Shown piece after piece: positions 27,201 to 42,110 of a stretch of DNA of 64,000 bases; the stretch's first letter is position 1; every line of letters begins with the position of its first letter. The stretch lies in assembly GCF_003334305.1 (NCBI RefSeq), contig NZ_QOWS01000010.1; one strand, 5' to 3'. The stretch comes from Escherichia coli. Its GTDB lineage: Bacteria; Pseudomonadota; Gammaproteobacteria; Enterobacterales; Enterobacteriaceae. The translations under genes were made by a program, and so were the position numbers. The notes beneath the pieces were generated by a model. The model worked only from the letters and a program-made list of their open reading frames with translations. It did not search any database and had not been told where the DNA came from.

Positions 27201-28316
27201 TCAGGCCGCCACTTCGGTGCGGTTACGTCCGGCTTTCTTTGCTTTGTAAAGCGCCAAATCTGCCGATTTCAACCACTCACGATAGTGACTCATTTGTGGG
27301 TTCAGCGGCGCAACCCCCACACTAATCCGTAAAGTTACCTGTGGCGTATTCGGCAAGCGTAACGTGTTTAGCCCTTCACGCACCCGTAACATGGCGGTAA
27401 TGGCGCTCTCAGCTGGCGTACCGGACATGATTACTGCAAACTCATCGCCGCCAAACCGACCAATCACATCGCTACCGCGCAGGGTAATTTGTAACTGTCG
27501 GGTAAGCGCCACAATCGCTTCATCGCCCACATCATGACCCCAGGTATCGTTGATGCTCTTGAAATGGTCGATATCGATAATCAGTAACGTTGCATCGCGA
27601 TTATGCCGCCGACAGTTATCAAATTCATTGCGTAACATAGTTTCCCAATGACGTCGGTTATACACGCCCGTCATGCCGTCGCGGGTACTCATGACCTGCA
27701 ACCTGCGTTTATGTTCCGCCAGTTTGGTTGCCGTCTGGTAGCTGACCCAGCCAAACAGCAGAGGATAAACGACAATAATGGGAAGGGAGAGCCACCATTC
27801 CAGCGGCGCACTATTGAACGACACGGTAATGCCCGTAAGCTCGAGGGTGACAAGGCAGGAAACCACCATCAACACCAGACCCGCGACAAACAGACGGGGG
27901 CCGCCTGCCCCCATCAAATTCAGACACATAATCATCAACATAGCGGTGGAAGGCAGCACGTTTACGCCCATTACGCCTACCCACATTCCCGCTAATACTG
28001 CATCGGTTTTTAAGTTGTAAATTTCCCGGCTAAGCGGATCGACGGCCCTGCTCGCTATCTGCCAGGCTAAATGCGGCCAGACGAACGCCCAGCCGACCAA
28101 CACCAGCCACCACCAGCCCGGCGGCGGGTGCGAAACCAGCGTTGAAGCAATCGGTAAGAACATGCCAGCCAGGCCAACCGCACGGGGTAGTCTGACGCGA
28201 CGGGCGAAGCGCAGCCCGGACCGCTGATGTTCGTTTTGAGGAGTTAAAGGAGGTTCCTCCCCATGCGCCGCCGCTTTTTTGAAAAAGTTTTCATCATTCA
28301 TTATTTTTGGGAACAT
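27201..28316 (-). CDS. dgcC: diguanylate cyclase DgcC (AdrA/YaiC), MASE2-GGDEF
   Basis: 371-aa ORF with N-terminal TM region and C-terminal GGDEF motif (RFGGDEF); recognised AdrA/YaiC. Confidence 0.92.
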   Translation of the reverse strand: MFPKIMNDENFFKKAAAHGEEPPLTPQNEHQRSGLRFARRVRLPRAVGLAGMFLPIASTLVSHPPPGWWWLVLVGWAFVWPHLAWQIASRAVDPLSREIYNLKTDAVLAGMWVGVMGVNVLPSTAMLMIMCLNLMGAGGPRLFVAGLVLMVVSCLVTLELTGITVSFNSAPLEWWLSLPIIVVYPLLFGWVSYQTATKLAEHKRRLQVMSTRDGMTGVYNRRHWETMLRNEFDNCRRHNRDATLLIIDIDHFKSINDTWGHDVGDEAIVALTRQLQITLRGSDVIGRFGGDEFAVIMSGTPAESAITAMLRVREGLNTLRLPNTPQVTLRISVGVAPLNPQMSHYREWLKSADLALYKAKKAGRNRTEVAA

Positions 28317-28417
28317 TCAGAAACAATTTTCCCAAATTATAGAGACGGGGCTAAAGGCAGAAGTATGAAATTTCGGGTGAGCCACTTTCGTAGCTCACCC
28401 GTTAGCACTATCAGGTA

Positions 28418-28738
28418 TCAGGCGGCTTTCTTGAGGCAGGCACTCATAAACTTATTACGATCATCACCTTTCAGAGATTGTTGCGTTGCTTGATTATTAC
28501 ATTCGCGCATCTTTTGCTGCTGTGGCGTCAAACTTTTTTCACCAGGCGCAGACTTGCTGTTCTTCAGGCAATCACTCATGTAGGTCTTACGAGCATCCCC
28601 TTTCAACGCCTGCGCCGTCGCCTGCTGATTACAGGAGGTCATACGCTGTTGTTGTGGGGTTAAGGTTCTCTCGGCAGCGCCGACGGTGGTTAAAAAAACC
28701 AGACCAAAAAGCAAGGTAACCAGTAATGTTATTTTCAT
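28418..28738 (-). CDS. psiF: phosphate starvation-inducible protein PsiF
   Basis: ORF 28418..28756; start refined to MKITLLVTLLFGL... (106 aa); signal peptide and two tandem homologous halves; recognised PsiF. Confidence 0.88.
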   Translation of the reverse strand: MKITLLVTLLFGLVFLTTVGAAERTLTPQQQRMTSCNQQATAQALKGDARKTYMSDCLKNSKSAPGEKSLTPQQQKMRECNNQATQQSLKGDDRNKFMSACLKKAA

Positions 28739-28810
28739 AGCACCATCCCTCTTCATGTTTTAACCATGAGCGTTTGCGCCCGTGATCTGCCATTAAGTCT
28801 GGTTGCTAAC

Positions 28811-28850
28811 AGCAAAAAAACCACCCGGCAGCGAAAATTCACTGCCGGGC
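28811..28850 (-). terminator. rho-independent terminator downstream of phoA
   Basis: minus-strand hairpin cccggcagtgaattttcgctgccggg followed by tggttttttt. Confidence 0.75.
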
Positions 28851-28856
28851 GCGGTT

Positions 28857-30272
28857 TTATTTCAGCCCCAGAGCGGCTTTCATGGTGTAGAAGAGATCGG
28901 TCTGGTCGGTCAGTCCAACAACATTGGCGGCATGCGGGCCATACGCCGCAATACGCAACTGACTGCCGGTATGTTCTTGTGAATCCTCTTCGGAATTCCC
29001 GTAACTCATCACCATCACTGCGCCATCTTTAGTATTTAGCGCCTGAGTGAGGCCCGGCGCTTTGGTATCCGGCGCAACAACCTGGCTGGCGTGGGCGTGA
29101 TCAGCGGTGACTATGACCAGCGTGTTACCCTCCTTTTTAGCGAATTCCAGCGCCCGTTGTACGGCTTCATCGAGATCGACCGTCTCGCCAATTTGCCCAC
29201 AAGGATTCGCAGCGTGATCCTGTTTATCGATTGACGCACCTTCAACTTGCAGGAAAAATCCTTTCTCATTTTTACTCAACAATTCAATGGCTTTGTCGGT
29301 CATCTGCGCCAGGGTTGGTACACTGTCATTACGTTGCGGATTAGGCGTACAGGTGACTGCGGGCTTATCGATATTGCCGTGGTACGTTGCTTTCGGTCCT
29401 AGCCAGCGCACTGGCATATTGCCGTCAGCAAACAGTCCAAGCAGAGGTTTTTGCTGATTCGCTTCCGTCACCGCATTTAGCGAGGCGGCATCGCTGACCA
29501 ACTGATAACCACGCGCCTGTGCCTGTTCACGCAGCGTTTTTCCCTGCCATTCACCAGCGGTTGCCGTTTCAGCAAAGGTTTTTGCGCCGCCGCCAAGCGT
29601 AACGTCGGCACGAGCGTTAAGCAGCTGTTCGGTAATCGCTCCTTTTCCGCCTTTTTCCAGAGCGTTACCCGGACATTTTTCACTGGTCGCGCTCGGACCG
29701 TAGCATTTGCGCGAAGTCACATGTGCCACCAGCGCAGCGGGCGTGGCATCCTGCAACTCTGCGGTAGAAACGTTACCGGTCGCCAGACCTGCGGCTTTTG
29801 CCATTTCCAGAATCGTTGGGTGATCTTTTTCGTGAATATCGACGCCCAGCGCGCCGTTATAGGTTTTGACACCGGTTGACCAGGCGGTTGCTGATGCAGC
29901 CGAGTCGGTGACGTAGTCCGGTTTGCCAGTTTTTTTATTCAGCGCATAGTGAGTGTATTGCCCGGTAAGCGGTAAGGCATCGATACCTTTAAAAAAGCCG
30001 CCCGCACCTTCGGCATAATTACGTGCGGCAGTAATTTCCGAATCCCCCATCCCATCGCCAATCAGCAAAATAATATTTTTTGCAGGTTTATCGCTAAGAG
30101 AATCACGCAGAGCGGCGGTCTGATCACCCGTTAAGCGGCGAGCACCGCCGGGTGCAGTAATATCGCCCTGAGCAGCCCGGTTTTCCAGAACAGGCATTTC
30201 TGGTGTCCGGGCTTTTGTCACAGGGGTAAACAGTAACGGTAAGAGTGCCAGTGCAATAGTGCTTTGTTTCAC
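28857..30272 (-). CDS. phoA: alkaline phosphatase
   Basis: ORF 28857..30341; start refined to GTG (cac 30270-30272) giving 471 aa [21 protein letters not shown]...; recognised PhoA. Confidence 0.95.
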   Translation of the reverse strand: MKQSTIALALLPLLFTPVTKARTPEMPVLENRAAQGDITAPGGARRLTGDQTAALRDSLSDKPAKNIILLIGDGMGDSEITAARNYAEGAGGFFKGIDALPLTGQYTHYALNKKTGKPDYVTDSAASATAWSTGVKTYNGALGVDIHEKDHPTILEMAKAAGLATGNVSTAELQDATPAALVAHVTSRKCYGPSATSEKCPGNALEKGGKGAITEQLLNARADVTLGGGAKTFAETATAGEWQGKTLREQAQARGYQLVSDAASLNAVTEANQQKPLLGLFADGNMPVRWLGPKATYHGNIDKPAVTCTPNPQRNDSVPTLAQMTDKAIELLSKNEKGFFLQVEGASIDKQDHAANPCGQIGETVDLDEAVQRALEFAKKEGNTLVIVTADHAHASQVVAPDTKAPGLTQALNTKDGAVMVMSYGNSEEDSQEHTGSQLRIAAYGPHAANVVGLTDQTDLFYTMKAALGLK

Positions 30273-30334
30273 TTTATTTTCTCCATGTACAAATACATTA
30301 AAAAATAAAAACAAAGCGACTATAAGTCTCGGCC

Positions 30335-30352
30335 GTGACAACTTTATGACAG
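30335..30352 (-). promoter_or_regulatory. Pho box of phoA promoter
   Basis: minus strand CTGTCATAAAGTTGTCAC about 65 nt upstream of the phoA start. Confidence 0.7.
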
Positions 30353-30372
30353 CTGTTGAAAAGATTAACTTT

Positions 30373-30633
30373 TTACTGACGAGGATGCTTCAATAACTTC
30401 TTTACGTAATCGCGCAGCAGCTCCGTATCGTCGTCAGGAATGCTGGCATCGGGCTTTACCTCGTACAGCGCCCCCTCTACCTGATCAATCAACCGCTGTT
30501 GGTCATTTTGCGCCATATTGCGAAGCATTGCAGTGACGATAATCTCCAAAGCTTCTACCTGCGCACACAGTTCTTTCGACTCTTCTTCTTTTTGGGCAAG
30601 CTTAAATAACAACTCAGCAATGAGATTTTTCAT
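30373..30633 (-). CDS. iraP: anti-adaptor protein IraP (RpoS stabiliser)
   Basis: 86-aa [25 protein letters not shown]... recognised as IraP/YaiB. Confidence 0.9.
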
Positions 30634-31095
30634 GTCTGTATTTCCTTATCCAAAGTATGGAGAAGTTAACATTATGTTTCACAACTTCATAGTGTCTGGA
30701 AGTATTATTTTTATGACAAAGGAAATACTTTGCGCAAATATTTTTTGTTTGATTACCAGCGAAACGTTTCTCTTATTTAAATAATTACCCACACAAAATA
30801 TAGGCTTTTAATTATCAACCTTTATTATAAATAAAAGTTATGAAATATATTCTCTTCGTTAACTTATAATTAAGAGAAAAAAACTCACCGCATGGCCATT
30901 TAAGCCAGGAATAAATTAGCTTCCCGTTCATCATTTTTGTGATCTTGCGCACATCTTTGAGATAACGCACTTTCTTCACCAGTACGTTGCACGCTTTGTC
31001 AGCAGAAGATTGCAACAATCTTTCAGAAGGCCGCGAATCCCCCGTTTTGTCGTGGTAATGTATGCACTTTGTGTTAGACGGGATAGGTTTTTAAG

Positions 31096-32190
31096 ATGGA
31101 AAAACTGCGGGTAGGAATCGTTTTTGGTGGTAAATCAGCGGAACATGAAGTGTCTCTGCAATCGGCAAAAAACATTGTCGATGCCATTGATAAAAGTCGC
31201 TTCGACGTTGTGCTGCTGGGCATTGATAAACAAGGGCAATGGCACGTCAGCGATGCCAGCAATTATCTGCTAAATGCAGACGATCCTGCCCATATTGCGT
31301 TGCGCCCTTCGGCGACCAGCCTTGCGCAGGTGCCAGGTAAACATGAGCATCAGCTTATCGACGCGCAAAACGGTCAGCCGTTGCCGACGGTGGATGTCAT
31401 TTTCCCGATTGTCCACGGTACGCTGGGCGAAGATGGTTCCTTGCAGGGAATGCTGCGGGTCGCCAATTTACCGTTTGTAGGTTCTGATGTTCTGGCTTCA
31501 GCAGCCTGTATGGATAAAGATGTCACCAAACGTCTGCTACGCGATGCCGGGCTGAACATTGCGCCATTTATTACCCTGACGCGCGCTAATCGTCACAACA
31601 TCAGTTTTGCCGAAGTGGAGTCTAAACTGGGGTTACCACTGTTTGTAAAACCGGCTAATCAGGGCTCTTCTGTTGGTGTCAGCAAAGTAACCAGTGAAGA
31701 ACAGTACGCAATTGCCGTCGATCTGGCGTTCGAGTTCGATCATAAAGTGATCGTTGAGCAAGGGATCAAAGGTCGTGAGATCGAATGCGCAGTTCTGGGC
31801 AACGACAATCCGCAAGCCAGCACCTGTGGCGAGATCGTACTCACCAGCGATTTCTATGCCTACGACACCAAGTACATTGACGAAGATGGCGCGAAAGTGG
31901 TAGTTCCGGCAGCCATTGCACCAGAGATCAACGATAAGATCCGGGCGATTGCCGTTCAGGCTTATCAGACGTTGGGATGCGCAGGCATGGCGCGTGTAGA
32001 CGTGTTTTTAACCCCAGAGAACGAAGTGGTGATCAACGAGATCAACACACTGCCTGGCTTCACCAACATCAGTATGTATCCGAAGCTGTGGCAAGCCAGC
32101 GGTCTGGGTTACACCGATCTGATCACACGTTTGATTGAGCTGGCGCTGGAGCGTCACGCTGCGGATAACGCATTGAAAACCACAATGTAA
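31096..32190 (+). CDS. ddlA: D-alanine--D-alanine ligase A
   Basis: 364-aa [27 protein letters not shown]..., ATP-grasp; recognised DdlA. Confidence 0.95.
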   Translation: MEKLRVGIVFGGKSAEHEVSLQSAKNIVDAIDKSRFDVVLLGIDKQGQWHVSDASNYLLNADDPAHIALRPSATSLAQVPGKHEHQLIDAQNGQPLPTVDVIFPIVHGTLGEDGSLQGMLRVANLPFVGSDVLASAACMDKDVTKRLLRDAGLNIAPFITLTRANRHNISFAEVESKLGLPLFVKPANQGSSVGVSKVTSEEQYAIAVDLAFEFDHKVIVEQGIKGREIECAVLGNDNPQASTCGEIVLTSDFYAYDTKYIDEDGAKVVVPAAIAPEINDKIRAIAVQAYQTLGCAGMARVDVFLTPENEVVINEINTLPGFTNISMYPKLWQASGLGYTDLITRLIELALERHAADNALKTTM

Positions 32191-32196
32191 TATTTT

Positions 32197-32228
32197 AACG
32201 CCCGATAATATTCTTATTGGGCGTTTTC
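32197..32228. terminator. bidirectional hairpin terminator between ddlA and yaiZ
   Basis: aacgcccgataa-tattc-ttattgggcgtt followed by tttt. Confidence 0.65.
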
Positions 32229-32426
32229 AGTTTCTTCATCGCGACGACGAATAATCAACCCCGCCAGCCAGAAACTAAGCACCCACGTCACCAGACCGAC
32301 GGCATAGGTCTGCCAACCTTTTGCTTCAAATCCCAGTAACCCCACCACGCCATTAAGAATGAATATAAGGCCAATGGCGAACGCATAGTAGTGCCAGTCA
32401 CGGCGGATTTTTACAGGCAGATTCAT
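32214..32426 (-). CDS. yaiZ: small inner-membrane protein YaiZ
   Basis: ORF 32214..32558; start refined to MNLPVKIRRDWHYYAF... (70 aa, two TM helices); recognised YaiZ. Confidence 0.75.
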   Translation of the reverse strand: MNLPVKIRRDWHYYAFAIGLIFILNGVVGLLGFEAKGWQTYAVGLVTWVLSFWLAGLIIRRRDEETENAQ

Positions 32427-32685
32427 GGCAGCTCCGTTAACGAAAAACAACATCCTTGCATATTCTGTAACAACCGTCTGTGGTGTAGACAACATTTTCG
32501 TAATTGTTAATAAATTTAACTTAAGGTTGCCATTTTGTGACTCACAACGAAGATTCACGCTTCGGGAATATTCCCAACATCAATTTACCATGATTCTGAT
32601 ATTGACAATCTAAATGACCTGTCAGACTTGCCATAAGCCGCTGGTATCACACCAGAAGAGAAGCAGATGACTTCCGGAGGTTTTT

Positions 32686-32994
32686 ATGGCTGATTTCACC
32701 CTGTCAAAATCGCTGTTTAGCGGAAAATATCGCAATGCCTCTTCAACGCCTGGCAACATTGCCTATGCGTTGTTTGTGCTGTTTTGCTTTTGGGCTGGGG
32801 CGCAATTGCTGAACCTGTTAGTGCATGCGCCCGGCGTCTATGAGCGTTTAATGCAGGTCCAGGAAACAGGTCGCCCACGGGTGGAAATTGGTTTAGGTGT
32901 CGGCACCATTTTCGGGCTGATCCCGTTTTTAGTAGGCTGCCTCATTTTTGCAGTGGTGGCGCTATGGCTGCACTGGCGACATCGCCGCCAGTAA
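32686..32994 (+). CDS. yaiY: inner-membrane protein YaiY
   Basis: 102-aa ORF with two hydrophobic helices; recognised YaiY. Confidence 0.8.
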
Positions 32995-33052
32995 GATTTA
33001 CGTTGCCAGATACGGCCTAAAACGCCTTATCTGGCATGACATTCCTGTTTGA

Positions 33053-34147
33053 TCACTGTTTCATACAACGCGCCCGCCGTTCGTCTACGCGCTTCGCAAA
33101 CCAGGCCGTAGTCAGGTTGCGGGTGATTTTCGGGCTTTCCAGTTGAATGCCAGGCAACATTTCGCGGGGTAGTGATTTACCCGTTTTCGCTTCGGCAAGT
33201 TGATAAACTTTCTTGTACAGCGCCGTCTCCTCAAAAGAGAAGCTGTCACCTTTCTCTAACTGACGGCGAATTTCGCTGTCGCTCATCCCCAGTTTTCCCG
33301 CCAGTTTGCGCGTTGCCAGTTCGGTTTTCCCGGGTTCTTTACTGTCGTAACGAATTAAATCACCGTCCAGTGCCAGCTTCACGCCGCTGGCCTTACTGAC
33401 TGCGTTCTGAAACGCGGCATTACGGCTGGCGTACCAGCCAGCGTTAAAATCAGCAAAGCGGTATATCGGTGCGCTATAGCTGGCGGGATAATTCAGTAAA
33501 TGGTAAGTACCAAACCACAACCCGCCGCGGCGACTGAAGACTTCCTGACGAACTGTACCGTCCATTTTCCACGGATACCCTTTGGTATGCTGTTCGGCAA
33601 AAGCAATGCTGACCTGCATCGGCCCACCGGTGCGCACAGGATTAAGCGAACCAAACAGCGTCTGCCCCATTGGTACCATGCTGATCAGATCGTCAAAAAT
33701 CGCGCTCAATTGCTTTTCTGTACGCACCGAATCTAACCGTTCGCTATAACTTTTGCCGTTTGGCGATTTGATTTTTAGCGCGGTATGAACCAGAAAAGCA
33801 GGAATGTGCATCCGTTCAGCACGACGGTCAATCTCTTGCCAGGCGATCTTGCTTAAGCCCGGAACGGCCGGATCTGCCTGATAATTTGACTCCTGCTGCG
33901 CCACCGCCAGCACCGAGCAGACGTTTTCCAGCGTCGGTGCCAGCCCCTGACTTTCAAAGGTGGTGGCGAGATCTTTCGCCCAGGCATCGCGGTCTTTCAC
34001 GCTCGCAGGCATCTTCTGCCGCACGACGCTCGCTACATCTATCGCTTTTTCGCCCTTTTTCAACGGTTGCGGAGCCTGACTACTACACCCCGCTAAAACC
34101 AGAACCGCCAACAATGACAGCGAAGATAGATGATTGACGCGCGACAT
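33053..34147 (-). CDS. yaiW: lipoprotein YaiW
   Basis: 364-aa ORF with lipobox LAGC after signal peptide; recognised YaiW; 13 nt downstream of sbmA. Confidence 0.88.
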   Translation of the reverse strand: MSRVNHLSSLSLLAVLVLAGCSSQAPQPLKKGEKAIDVASVVRQKMPASVKDRDAWAKDLATTFESQGLAPTLENVCSVLAVAQQESNYQADPAVPGLSKIAWQEIDRRAERMHIPAFLVHTALKIKSPNGKSYSERLDSVRTEKQLSAIFDDLISMVPMGQTLFGSLNPVRTGGPMQVSIAFAEQHTKGYPWKMDGTVRQEVFSRRGGLWFGTYHLLNYPASYSAPIYRFADFNAGWYASRNAAFQNAVSKASGVKLALDGDLIRYDSKEPGKTELATRKLAGKLGMSDSEIRRQLEKGDSFSFEETALYKKVYQLAEAKTGKSLPREMLPGIQLESPKITRNLTTAWFAKRVDERRARCMKQ

Positions 34148-34159
34148 TACTTCTCCTTT

Positions 34160-35380
34160 TTAGCTCAAGGTATGGGTTACTTCCTGAATTTTGTCACCAT
34201 CCAGCTCATGTTCAAAGCTGCGCAGACGTTTGTAGATAGACATCAACTCAACCAGTGTGGTCCATGAGTTAATCAGGTACTGGAAAGCACCGCGAACCTG
34301 ACCAAAAACGTTGGTAATCTGCGTCATCAGGCCGAGCGTAATCGTACCGGCAACAATTGACGGAAACAGCAAGAACAAACCGAAAACGTTATCGACCTGC
34401 AAATAGAGAATGCGGGCGATGTTGAAATACATATAGTGAAAATAGAGGCGAAAATAGTTTTTCCGTACGGCGCTAAACAGCTCGCGTACCGTAGGCGGCG
34501 TCGCGCGCGTGGCATCGTCTTCACCATAAACCAGCTCTTTACGGTAGGCGGCCTCTACTCGCTGGTTTTTAAACTCCAGCCCCGGCAGTTTGATCCCTAC
34601 CACTGCCAGCAATCCGGTCCCCATCAGCGACCAGACGATAGCGGCAATCACCAGACCATACGGAATGTGCCCGACAATTGGCAGCTCCGGCACATGTGCG
34701 GAGAGCGTTACCAGCACCGGCAGGAAGGCGATCAACGTCATGATGGCGTTGATAAAACTGACGCCCATATTCTCCAGCGTTGAAGCAAAACGCATGGTGT
34801 CTTCCTGCACACGCTGTGCGGCCCCTTCGATATGACGCAGTTGTTGCCAGTTCGCCATGTAATATTCGTTCATCGCCGTACGCCAGCGGAACACGTAGTG
34901 ACTGACAAAGAAGTTGTTCAGTACACTGATCACCACCGCGATCAGCGCAATCCCCAGAAAGACGCCCACTTCGCGGTAAAATTGTTCGATAGTGACTTTA
35001 TGCGGCGAACTTAGCGCGGTTTGAATCAGATCATAGAACGGTGCATACCAGGCGTTGACGGCGACCCCGACTTCCACCAAAAACCAGGTGACGAAGATGA
35101 TCAGTGCAGTACCGAGTATTGACCAGTATTGCCAACGGTGCGGGCTGTAGATAAACCAGAAAAATGCAAAAAGTCCTACGCAAACAATGTAGTAAGCGTA
35201 AAAAATCAGGAAATCCAACGACCAGAAACGCGCGGCGCTAATCGGGATCTGCCCGGAAGCGCCGGTGATACGCGCCACCCAGTCACCCCCACCGGCTTGC
35301 CAGAAGATAACGGCAATCAATGCCCAAACAAAGGCCGAGAGAAAAAACGTTCCCGGCTTTGGGAAAAAAGACTTAAACAT
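34160..35380 (-). CDS. sbmA: peptide antibiotic/peptide transporter SbmA
   Basis: ORF 34160..35386; recognised SbmA ([19 protein letters not shown]...), polytopic membrane protein. Confidence 0.93.
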   Translation of the reverse strand: MFKSFFPKPGTFFLSAFVWALIAVIFWQAGGGDWVARITGASGQIPISAARFWSLDFLIFYAYYIVCVGLFAFFWFIYSPHRWQYWSILGTALIIFVTWFLVEVGVAVNAWYAPFYDLIQTALSSPHKVTIEQFYREVGVFLGIALIAVVISVLNNFFVSHYVFRWRTAMNEYYMANWQQLRHIEGAAQRVQEDTMRFASTLENMGVSFINAIMTLIAFLPVLVTLSAHVPELPIVGHIPYGLVIAAIVWSLMGTGLLAVVGIKLPGLEFKNQRVEAAYRKELVYGEDDATRATPPTVRELFSAVRKNYFRLYFHYMYFNIARILYLQVDNVFGLFLLFPSIVAGTITLGLMTQITNVFGQVRGAFQYLINSWTTLVELMSIYKRLRSFEHELDGDKIQEVTHTLS

Positions 35381-35731
35381 ATGCACTCCTGCTAACTTCT
35401 TATCGTTTTAACAACTGCTGTGTATTAACCGCATGACCGCTACAAAGCGTCAGCCAAATGAAACCGCCCATTGTGACCCATAGCAAGGCGCTTAGTTCGC
35501 CAGCCTGACCATAAGAATTGTTTCGACGGATTTCACAAACCAAAGATTGTTTACATAAGCGGATTAACACGCGCAGGATCACAAATGCAGGCATTGGTGA
35601 GCAGGAAAAAGATCGTGTTTACGCGCCGTTACGTTTTTAACACTATTATTGCACTAATTCGCCCTTTGCAATCCATCAATGAGTAGTATAAATACGCTCA
35701 GTTACCTTCATTCAATCTATGGACACCACCG

Positions 35732-36889
35732 TTGAAACGTAGTCTGCTTTTTTCTGCCGTGCTGTGTGCGGCGTCATTGACCTCCGTCCATGCGGCGCAG
35801 CCGATCACTGAACCGGAGTTTGCCTCTGATATTGTCGATCGTTATGCCGATCATATTTTTTACGGCAGCGGTGCCACGGGGATGGCGCTGGTTGTTATCG
35901 ACGGTAACCAGCGCGTCTTTCGCAGTTATGGCGAAACGCGACCTGGTAATAACGTTCGCCCGCAGCTGGATTCGGTCGTGCGTATTGCTTCCCTCACCAA
36001 GCTAATGACCAGTGAAATGCTGGTGAAATTGCTCGACCAGGGGACCGTGAAGTTAAACGATCCGCTAAGTAAATATGCTCCGCCAGGCGCACGCGTGCCA
36101 ACCTACAATGGGACGCCCATTACCCTAGTGAATCTGGCAACCCATACCAGCGCCCTGCCCCGTGAACAGCCCGGTGGCGCGGCACATCGTCTGGTGTTTG
36201 TCTGGCCAACGCGCGAGCAACGCTGGAAATACCTTTCTACGGCGAAGCTGAAAGCCGCGCCAGGCAGTCAGGCGGCGTACTCTAACCTTGCGTTCGACCT
36301 GCTGGCAGATGCACTGGCGAATGCGTCCGGCAAGCCTTATACCCAGTTGTTTGAAGAGCAGATTACCCGTCCATTGGGGATGAAAGACACCACCTACACC
36401 CCCTCACCGGATCAGTGCCGCCGTTTAATGGTTGCTGAGCGCGGTGCCAGTCCGTGCAATAACACGCTGGCGGCAATTGGCAGCGGCGGCGTCTATTCCA
36501 CGCCTGGCGATATGATGCGCTGGATGCAGCAGTATTTGTCATCTGATTTTTATCAGCGCAGTAACCAGGCAGATCGCATGCAGACGTTGATTTATCAGCG
36601 CGCGCAGTTTACGAAAGTGATTGGCATGGATGTCCCCGGCAAAGCGGATGCGCTTGGTTTAGGCTGGGTATATATGGCCCCGAAAGAGGGTCGTCCGGGG
36701 ATTATTCAGAAGACAGGCGGTGGTGGCGGTTTCATTACCTATATGGCGATGATCCCGCAGAAGAATATTGGCGCGTTTGTGGTGGTCACTCGTTCGCCGT
36801 TGACGCGCTTTAAAAATATGAGCGATGGCATCAATGATCTGGTGACCGAGCTAAGCGGGAATAAACCGTTGGTTATCCCCGCATCCTGA
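35732..36889 (+). CDS. ampH: D-alanyl-D-alanine carboxypeptidase/endopeptidase AmpH
   Basis: 385-aa ORF with signal peptide and beta-lactamase-fold SxxK motif (SLTK); recognised AmpH. Confidence 0.93.
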   Translation: MKRSLLFSAVLCAASLTSVHAAQPITEPEFASDIVDRYADHIFYGSGATGMALVVIDGNQRVFRSYGETRPGNNVRPQLDSVVRIASLTKLMTSEMLVKLLDQGTVKLNDPLSKYAPPGARVPTYNGTPITLVNLATHTSALPREQPGGAAHRLVFVWPTREQRWKYLSTAKLKAAPGSQAAYSNLAFDLLADALANASGKPYTQLFEEQITRPLGMKDTTYTPSPDQCRRLMVAERGASPCNNTLAAIGSGGVYSTPGDMMRWMQQYLSSDFYQRSNQADRMQTLIYQRAQFTKVIGMDVPGKADALGLGWVYMAPKEGRPGIIQKTGGGGGFITYMAMIPQKNIGAFVVVTRSPLTRFKNMSDGINDLVTELSGNKPLVIPAS

Positions 36890-40507
<3,618 letters not shown>

Positions 40508-41030
40508 TTGTCATCCCTCCTCAGGGACGTAATAAGTTGATCCATCAATTATCAATGCATAGAAAACATATTATGTTTCGCGCTAACGATTATGCTGCGT
40601 TACAGACGAATGGTTCAATTATTCTTTCCCCTAAGTCCGAATGTGGACATATATAATTTATGGAGAAAAACACGCATCAAATTGATAAAAGGACGATATT
40701 TCAACATGTTGCAGATAATGTTATTTTTGATACATACGCGTTATAAATATCAAAAACACAAACCAGATAAATATCTTATCAATATACAACAAAGTTTGAA
40801 TAATTCAATTTATAGCAGCACAACCAAACGCCAAAAAATAATAACCAAGAGCTATAAATAAAGATTAAAAATATTTTCAGTGAATATGAAATTATTGCTA
40901 TTTCTATTACAAAGATGTCCTGGCCTCTCTTCCATTCTCTTCTTGTCAACATCGCGACAACTTTCGTAAAACACTCCTGCCCCGCTTCAGGTATACTGTG
41001 CACCTTAATTCCACAAACATCAGGCAGACC

Positions 41031-42005
41031 ATGACAGACTTAATCCAACGCCCTCGTCGCCTGCGCAAATCTCCTGCGCTGCGCGCTATGTTTGAAGAGA
41101 CAACACTTAGCCTTAACGACCTGGTGTTGCCGATCTTTGTTGAAGAAGAAATTGACGACTACAAAGCCGTTGAAGCCATGCCAGGCGTGATGCGCATTCC
41201 AGAGAAACATCTGGCACGCGAAATTGAACGCATCGCCAACGCCGGTATCCGTTCCGTAATGACTTTTGGCATCTCTCACCATACCGATGAAACCGGCAGC
41301 GACGCCTGGCGGGAAGATGGACTGGTGGCGCGTATGTCGCGCATCTGCAAGCAGACTGTGCCAGAAATGATCGTCATGTCAGACACTTGTTTCTGTGAAT
41401 ACACTTCTCACGGTCACTGCGGTGTGCTGTGCGAGCATGGCGTCGACAACGACGCGACTCTGGAAAATTTAGGCAAGCAAGCCGTGGTTGCAGCTGCTGC
41501 AGGCGCAGACTTCATCGCCCCTTCCGCCGCGATGGACGGCCAGGTACAGGCGATTCGTCAGGCGCTGGACGCTGCAGGCTTTAAAGATACGGCGATTATG
41601 TCGTATTCGACCAAGTTCGCCTCTTCCTTTTATGGCCCGTTCCGTGAAGCTGCCGGAAGCGCATTAAAAGGCGACCGCAAAAGCTATCAGATGAACCCAA
41701 TGAACCGTCGCGAGGCGATTCGTGAGTCACTGCTGGATGAAGCCCAGGGCGCAGACTGCCTGATGGTTAAACCTGCTGGAGCGTACCTCGACATCGTGCG
41801 TGAGCTGCGTGAACGTACTGAATTGCCGATTGGCGCGTATCAGGTGAGCGGTGAGTACGCGATGATTAAGTTCGCCGCGCTGGCGGGTGCTATAGATGAA
41901 GAGAAAGTCGTGCTCGAAAGCTTAGGTTCAATTAAGCGTGCGGGTGCGGATCTGATTTTCAGCTACTTTGCGCTGGATTTGGCTGAGAAGAAGATTCTGC
42001 GTTAA
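41031..42005 (+). CDS. hemB: porphobilinogen synthase (delta-aminolevulinate dehydratase)
   Basis: ORF 40998..42005; ATG 41031 gives [21 protein letters not shown]... 324 aa; recognised HemB. Confidence 0.95.
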
Positions 42006-42039
42006 TTTTTTTCCTCTCAGAAAGGGGGAGTTAACCTGT

Positions 42040-42100
42040 TGAAAGTACGGTGAACGCCCCCTCACCCTAACCCTCTCCCCAAGGGGGCGAGGGAACCGTC
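42040..42100. repeat. GC-rich palindromic intergenic element between hemB and tauD
   Basis: gaacgccccctcaccctaaccctctccccaagggggcgagggaaccg; imperfect inverted repeat ccctctcccc/gggggcgaggg. Confidence 0.5.
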
Positions 42101-42110
42101 CGCACTCGTA

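Noticed and set aside
30815..31018. 67-aa ORF in the iraP-ddlA intergenic region
   Set aside because: AT-rich promoter region for iraP and ddlA; no RBS or conserved features evident; likely spurious.
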